Shown in pieces: positions 56,818-64,000 of a stretch of 64,000 bases of DNA (within the stretch, counting starts at the first letter, position 1; every line of letters begins with the position of its first letter). Both the position numbers and the translations under genes were made by a program. The DNA comes from Vicugna vicugna (Eukaryota), in the NCBI GenBank assembly GCA_013265495.1, contig MU058065.1:6324302-6388301 (forward strand), written 5' to 3'. The notes beneath the pieces are model-generated. The model saw only the letters and a list, made by a program, of their open reading frames with translations, searched no databases and was not told the DNA's origin.

Positions 56818-58568
56818 GCGGAGAGCCTTTTTGAGCCAATACACATTCAAGTGGTTCTAATGGATACTGCTGAATGTACTGTGGGAATAGATGTAAAGAT
56901 GTGTAATATCTCTAGATTGTAAGGGATATTCCCAGTGGGGAAATGCCACTTTTAGAACAATAGTAGTGGGTTGAGTGGAATACCAGAAGTCCTCCTAGTT
57001 CTCTCAGCCCTGTCATGTGGTATCAACAAATTATCCTAGGATTCCAGGGAAAGGGAAGAGGTGGAAGGGAAGATTGCTGTCTTGATTAAAGAACTAGTAC
57101 AGACAAACGTGTTAATAAACTACCCAACAGACTGTGCAGACTGCCCTTCTGCTGGGACCAGTCAGCCCACACGAGCCTTTTGAGATACACATGTCAGAGA
57201 CTAACAATCATGCCGACTGGAGCCTCCGGCAAAATTATGTGGCCACTAGGCAATGGCCCTTTAGGGTTTTAGACACGGTGCTTACCTGACATCACCCAGA
57301 ACACCCTATTTACAAGATTATCCCTGGCTTCGTTTTGAGTGCTGGTAGACACTAAGAGACTGACAAAGCAAAGAACTGCTATACCCTAACGTCCTTTTCA
57401 TAAGATGGGGCAGAAGTGAGAATATCAACAAAGTGGGTATTACCTAACAAGCATCTCTTATTACGTAGAAGTGGTATGTCCAGGAAAGAAGTAAACCTAG
57501 CATAAAGTGGTCAGTCGTCCTGTGCTGATTCGGATACAGGGTCTACACCAACACCTTTGGTTTCTTGAGGACTTCACTACACTGAGGTTCTTGACAATGC
57601 CTAGGCCTGGTTCATGGATGAATCAACTAAGTTGAAGGCCATGAAGTATACTGGGTTTCTGCTGCTGTGCAGCCCAAAGAAAAATGCTTAAAACTATGCA
57701 TGGAAAAGAAAACTCTGTTCAATGAGCAGAGTTGTGAGCTATGGTACTTGTCCTGGAAAAGACCTCCCCAAATATACCTTGTTACATTTTCACTGATTCA
57801 TGGCAGTATGGGCTGGTGCCTGGCAGCAGGATGCCTGGATGATCAAGTCTTAGCTTCTTTGGTGATAAACATTATGGCAGAAGATCACCCCCTGTTTGTG
57901 ACCTAGGTGATATTTATGGAAAAGGTTTTCTGGGATGAATATCAATGGAATTCAAAAGACCTCAAGACCTGTGATGCCCATATAAGGACAAAAGCCACCA
58001 GGATAGACCATTGCACAGGGCATAGTAAAACGTCTAAAATTCAAGACTGAGTTTCACAGCAAGTGTCTTGAGCATATGAAGCCAAGAAAGCCTGGCAGAT
58101 ATGCCCAGACTATCAGTTACACAGGCCATTGCTAAAGGAAACTTTGAGGCACACAGCATAGGGGTACTGGACCTGGTTTGCCCTGGCAAATAGACTATAT
58201 AGGTCCCCTACTATCCTCTTAAGGGTACCATTAGACATTAACTGCAGTAGACATCTTTCCAAGGTATGGCACTGCCATCTCCATCCACACAGCAGATGGG
58301 GGGATGTTGCTATTCAAAGACCCTTAGATGGACTGTACTACATATTTGGATTCCCCAGAGCATCTGATCAGACAGTGGTGACTGTAGTAAAAAGTATTCA
58401 GCAGTGGGCAGCTACTTGGGGTATCCACTGGACTGTTCATGTTTCATGTCATCCCCAGACAGCAGGTGCCACTGAAAGATGGAATGGACCTTTAAAGAAG
58501 AAAGTGAAAAAGATAACTGGGCAACCAAGGCCCGACTCCCAGTGGATCATGCACTTAATTAAGAGAGT

Positions 58569-58613
58569 CAGTTTGGACTATAAATGTTGCAGTTTGGACT
58601 ATAAATGTTGCAG
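58569..58613. repeat. 21-bp tandem duplication
   Basis: CAGTTTGGACTATAAATGTTG twice, perfect, followed by CAG. Confidence 0.95.
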
Positions 58614-59929
58614 GGTACCTCCCATTTAAGCAGAATTTTTCATTATGAGATTGGGAAGGTGGGAACAGGCCCAGATAGACTGTAAGAGATCCAAACCACA
58701 TAATTTATTCACTCTTCTCCTTCTTCCATCTTTCCTCCCATACCTACCCCTTGGGAAACCAAGCCACTGGAATTTGCTAGTAGCAGGAAAAGTCACAGCA
58801 TGAACTACTGTAACCTGGTGCTTCTTCTGCCACCTATTCTTGCTGCTCTTGGGTAGTCATGGATATTGATGCTAATGATCATGATACCAGGTGAAAACTC
58901 CGAAGGCAGACTTGATGTGGCCCTTATGTCAGGAGGTGGGAGATGTTCTAGGATGGTACAAGGTATACAAGGAAGAAACAATTGAGGCATCTCAGGAGAA
59001 ACCAGTGTGGGTAGGACACAAGGAGGATTGGGACAAAGAATGAAGTAATTGTTGCAGAGACTGGTCATACTGGTCAGGTGCCTGTGGAAGGGGAGGAACA
59101 CCTCTGACTTGTAGGTCATCAGGGATAAACCCTGGGAGGCTGAGAGGAAGAGGGGAACTTTTAATCTCTCTCTTTCAACTCTTGTCTACAGGCATCTTGC
59201 CAGTTTAACCCAGTCTGCTTCTACCACCCTCAACCTGACCACCGGCCAGAGAGAATCTGAAATCTGAAAACTCTCAGAAACTTCCCAAGAGCTGCTGATA
59301 TCAGAAAGGACCAGCCTGCACTAAAGATAACAGAGCAAGATTAACTTCCTGGACACTGATTTGGTGTCTTTAGCCTCTTCCCACTACTGTTGGCCTTTTT
59401 TGATTGTTCATTAGTCACAGGTTGTTCTAAACTCTTCAGTATGGTAATAAACAATCATACTGCCCAGGACTTCCGTGGGTCAGATGAGGCAGAGTTGGTG
59501 TGGTTGCTGACACCTCTAGTTGTCCTCCGAATGGAAGCCTGGCTACAGTCTACAGTCCAAATAGGCCTAATCAACCTACAGAAATCATGGTTATGGTCGT
59601 TCCCATCTGATGTTGCCTATGACAAACAGAACAGATTTGGTAAGCATATTTACCAGTAAAATTAGATTATCTATCTGATTCGGTGATCTCTGCTTCTCAG
59701 AATTCTTATGTGGATATGTAAAAGGTTACGGTGGAGCTTAGGGCAACCCTGCACACATATTCACACAGGCAAACACTTGGCCATAGCTCAAGAGCTTCAA
59801 TTGTGTGAGTTTTGGCAGAAGACTTTGTGATCTTCCCAGAACATGAAAGACTGGAGGGCCTGCAGGCTCCCCTACAAGGAGCTGCTAGGAGGCAACCTCC
59901 CACTCACCTCCTTAGCTCATCTGGGAGGC

Positions 59930-60274
59930 TGTCAGGAGGTAATTTCTCATCACTCCCTGGGTTCTGATGAGGTGTAGGCTTCTTCCCACCCCGACTCAGA
60001 AAAGAGCTACAGAATGTAAGACCCCTTTGCTACGGTTTAGAAGGGGCTCCTCAGCAACAGGGCACCCTGCAACTCACAATGCAGTCCTCTGGTTGAAAAG
60101 TTTCAGGGTTGTCCTCTGAGGGTTTGAGACAGGATCACAGGGAGCTGGTGCCCTTGCCCTACTCTTCCTCTCAATATATAAGCAATAAAGTGTCTAAGTC
60201 TAAAAGTGGCTTGTTCTAGCTTTACTGCTAGTCGGGCCTTGTCCTTGCCTTGTATTGTATGTCTGAACTTGACA
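59930..60274 (+). mobile_element. ERVL-type LTR (MER73-like, tentative), probable 3' LTR of the upstream provirus
   Basis: TGTCA...TGACA inverted termini; AATAAA near 60184. Confidence 0.55.
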
Positions 60275-60591
60275 TTTTCTCATTGTACTGCAAGTTGATT
60301 CCAAAGGAGCACCGTGGCTAGCCCAGATGTTTAATCAATAACCCAAGGCAGTTCCTGGCAACCATTAACCAAATTATCAGTATATTGTTTAGAACACACT
60401 ACTCTATCTCCAAGGCAAGGGGTGGTAACCTTGGTGTGCAGACATGTTGGGGGTTGAAGGGGATGGAGAGCTGAAATTCTATGCAATATGTTGTGCATAA
60501 ACTTATTTTTTGTCCTAGGGAAGTGCCATAGCTTTCAGATAGTCAAAAGGCTGGGGATCTAAACAAATTTAGGAAACTCAGCTTTAGGTTG

Positions 60592-61084
60592 TGATAGAGT
60601 TTTCTCCTTAACCAAGTTCTAGTCAGGCTCCTCTCAGCCCTCTTTGCAACTAACCTTCAACATTGGCCTTTAAAGACTTTAACACACTAACATAATTTCT
60701 AACAGCTCAAAGTGCCGCTTAAAGTGCCTGCTTGAGAAAACTCAAGGCTGCCGAAAGAGTTTCCTGTTTGTTCCATCCAACATCTCAAGATAGGGCCTGT
60801 GACTCCCAGTCTCTGTGGGAGGGTAGAAGCCTAGCTTTGATAAGATAAGCACCAAATGAGCTTCACATGGACCCACCCCTTCTTCCTGCTTTTTGTAGTT
60901 TTTCACTTCCCTGACTCTGTGCAAGCCCCCGCCATCCTGCTCCCAACTCCGTCACTCTCCCTTTAAGACACCAGTCACCTCTGCACAAATCAGAAAGGAG
61001 TTCATCTCTTCCCCCTACTATCAGTAGTTACTGAATAAAATCTGTTTTCACCACTTTAATGCCGAACTATGCTTATCTTTGACA
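60592..61084 (+). mobile_element. ERV1 solo LTR (MER67-like)
   Basis: TGATAGAG...ctagtcaggctcctct...gagaaaactcaaggctgcc...AATAAA...TTTGACA. Confidence 0.7.
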
Positions 61085-61109
61085 GTGTGTATACTTTGAA
61101 AATTCAAAA

Positions 61110-61590
61110 GTAATACTGAGCTAAAAAGTGGAAACAATCCAAATATCCATCAACAGATGGATGGATGAATAAAGTATGGCATATCCCTGGAGTTGAATAT
61201 TATTCAGCCATAAAAAAGGAACAAAGTACTGACACATGCTACAACATGGATAAACCTTGAAAGTATCATGCTAAGTGAAAGAAGCCTTTCACAACAGACA
61301 ACACGTTGAATGACTCCATTTATATAAACTGTCCATAACAAGCAAATACATAGAGACAGAAAGCAGATTTGTGGTTGCCAGGGACTGATGACAGAACGAC
61401 AGGGGGCAGGGGAGCAGAGTGTTTGTTATTGCCGAAGAGTACGAGGTTTATTTCTGGGGTGATGAAAGCATTCTAAAATTGATGTAATGATAGTTACACA
61501 ACTCAGTGAATATATTGAAAACCGTTTAATTGTTCAATGGGTGAACTGTGTGGTGTGTGATTATAACTCAATAAAGCTATCACAGGAAAA
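61110..61590 (+). mobile_element. Old L1M(B/C) 3' fragment
   Basis: tggaaacaatccaaatatccatcaacagatgg...atgctaagtgaaagaagcc...ctcaataaagct. Confidence 0.75.
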
Positions 61591-63669
61591 GAAACATTAA
61601 AGTCATCTAAAAATCTCCCCTCAAACAAAAATAATACTGCATTGTGATGTTCTATTCTCGTATTTAGTGGCCTGCTTAGTTTACTGATAGTGGGTTCCTT
61701 AGGGAGGCTCTCAGCACAGCAAAACAACATTAAACAGCAAGTAAATAGTCCTGAGAACAAAAGCAAACTCACAAACACCGAGCGCTGTTTTGCCAGTGTC
61801 AACAAACCCGGCCCAAAAAGCTGGCAGCCATCAGTTGGATAAACAGAAGGAGAGATGTAACTTCAGGCACAGGCCATGCTTTTGCCTACACTGACAGATG
61901 CCAGAAAGAAAGCGTCATTCAGAGTCAAAGGTGAAGAAGAGTCCAGCTGGGACAGCCATGTCTCAGTGCTGTCAAAGTGTCATCAGGAGGTTAGCACCAA
62001 CCCCCACACACAAGTGGAATTTACATTTCCAAGTGACAGAAGGTGCTAAATAGTTAACAGCATTCCCAGGTTCTCCTTACTTTGAACCCTGCCTTGAATG
62101 CTATTTTCTGAGACCAGAGGCACCATTTGGACTCATAAAGAGTAGGATCACCTATATGTTTATTATGACTATCTTAATATGGATAATCAAAGGAAATAAC
62201 ATTATAAATCCATATACTCTATCTCCAGAATTAAAAACTGTTAATATTTGTCATATTTGCTTCAAATCTATTTTAAAAATGAAAGCACTTCAGATTCAAT
62301 GTTTCCTTCTTATCCTTCCCTTTGCCTTCCCTCCTCAGAGCAACCACTATATAACCTTACTACATATATATGTATCCAACAATAACCTATAGTATTTTTG
62401 TATGGTTTTTAATTTATAAAAATAGTTTTCTACCATAAATATCATTCTATACTCAACTTTGGTTCTGAGTTCTATATTCATATATAAAAAGCTTGTGCAT
62501 TCATTATGACTATTGCATAGTATTTCATTGTATACATCAAAATTTATTTATCCCGCTGATTGGCATATAACATGTTTCTGAATTTTTTATTCTACAAAGC
62601 TGCAAAAAAAATTTTATGCATATGAGCAGCCATTACTTCAATAATCGTTAAAATGTCTGGTTTTATGCAAGACAGCAGAACTGTCATAAGTTTACAAATA
62701 CATGGACCAGATAGTTGGACAGTAAGAATTTCCCTTTGATCTTCCACTGTAGAGGAACAATGGGCTGAGAGTAGAGGAAGATTCAAGACTGAACCAAAAA
62801 AAAATTCCCTGGGATGCCCTCAGAGAGGCTGTTAGGAAAACAGAAGCATTTCCCACCTGCTATCTGAATCCCTCACACACCCAGAGACAAACATCAGTGC
62901 TGAGCACACCTTTGCCTACAAGCTGGGAGGGGCGGGAGTGGAACAATGAGAGTACTCCAAGAACAAGGAGGGGATGGTCAGCAATGGATGCTGAACTAAA
63001 AAGAGGATACAGATGCAGAAGTGAATACCAAAAGTAAGGATCCAGAGCCAAACAGGGGTACAAAAGGAAGGGCCATCAGAAGACTTCAGAATTTTACATT
63101 GGACCAGGAAGCACTTGATCAGCAGTCCTTTTATCTCCTGTTCTCCATTCTTCTATTGTTGTTTTAAAAATTGTAAAAGGTAATACATATATGCACACTG
63201 TTAAAATTCAAACGTACAAAGGGTTCAAATTGACCCAAATAATGATGAACTATGCCTGTGCAGGATGATGCCAGAGGAAACTCTGGGAGGTCCATAGCAG
63301 TCTTGCAATAAAAAGTAATCTTCCTCCTACCTCTCATCTCCAGACTTCAAGACCCCTACACAGAGGCAACAATCATTACCAATTTCTTGTATGTCCTCCC
63401 AGAGATATTTTATGCATATAAAAATGTATATATGCATATATGCCTCACACTCTTTATGCACAAATGATGGCATACTATATAGTTTTGCACCTTACTTTCT
63501 TTCCATCTCTTAGCAAGCAATTTATATTAATACACATAGATCTGACCCTACTCTTTTTAATGGTTGCATAAAATTCCACCCTATGAATGTACTGTAATTT
63601 CTTTAATCAGTCCCCTACTAAGACATGCAAGTCATTCTAACCTTTCCCAATCAGAAATATTGCTGTCTT

Positions 63670-64000
63670 GGGATTTTCCGGTCAAGATGGCAGAGTAGTA
63701 AGGACCATGAGCTCGCTTCTCCTCGCAACTACAGCAAAACCACAACTGACTGCTAAACAACCACTGGGGAAAAAAACAGGCTGGAACTTAGCAAAATAAG
63801 AACTTCACTTGGAAACATAAAGAGGGAACCACAGCAGGATGGTAGGAGGGGTGTGCTCATGATATAATTGGGGCCCATACCCACTAGGTGGGTGACCCAC
63901 AAGCTGAAGAATAATTAAGCTGCAGAGGCCCTCCCACAGGACTAAGAGTTCTAAGCCCCAATTCAGGCTCACCAGCCGAGGTTCCCAGCATTGGGAGGAG
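63670..64000 (+). mobile_element. Start of an L1 5'UTR, running off the window
   Basis: Abrupt GC rise with a YY1-type CAAGATGGC motif near 63684; gggtgacccacaagctgaagaataat is typical of artiodactyl L1 5' ends. Confidence 0.6.

Larger units (their letters stand above)
54100..59929 (+). mobile_element. Decayed class III (ERVL-like) endogenous retrovirus internal region
   Basis: Protease-like FTAFLDIGEQVTLVP (~56281); RNase H-like AWFMDES (~57605); integrase-like PWQIDYIGPL (~58181) and IQQWAATWGIHWTVHVSCHPQTAGATERWNGPLKK (58375-58629). Many stops; left boundary uncertain. Confidence 0.8.

Noticed and set aside
58569..58613. Direct repeat as a possible CRISPR-like array
   Set aside because: Two abutting copies with no spacers, in eukaryotic DNA; a simple tandem duplication.
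45182..64000. Missing CYP27A1 exon 1, suggesting pseudogenisation
   Set aside because: Intron 1 is known to be large and exons 2-9 are intact; exon 1 most likely lies beyond the window.

Overview
Mammalian genomic DNA, probably camelid (inferred from tRNA-Ala-like SINEs and the L1 3' ends; no Alu, Bov-tA or PRE-1 seen). It is syntenic with the human 2q35 block WNT6-PRKAG3-CYP27A1. It holds (1) WNT6 exon 1 and its CpG-island promoter (- strand, CDS 1245-1324); (2) the complete 13-coding-exon PRKAG3 gene (AMPK gamma-3, + strand, 24865-31281, 490 aa, all introns GT-AG); (3) CYP27A1 exons 2-9 (- strand, 38626-45181; exon 1 lies beyond the right edge). The rest is transposon-rich: two young L1 copies (one with a 912-N assembly gap), SINEs, solo LTRs, a decayed ERVL provirus and a TRIM60-like retrocopy fragment. 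I found no new protein-coding system. The observations most worth follow-up are: CTCF motifs oriented so as to predict an insulated loop around PRKAG3; a GCC-repeat poly-Arg uORF and an in-frame upstream ATG in the WNT6 leader; paired TCF/LEF sites upstream of WNT6; a possible 3'UTR intron in PRKAG3; and several unusual retrotransposition scars. Repeat family names and ortholog comparisons come from recall, not database searches.
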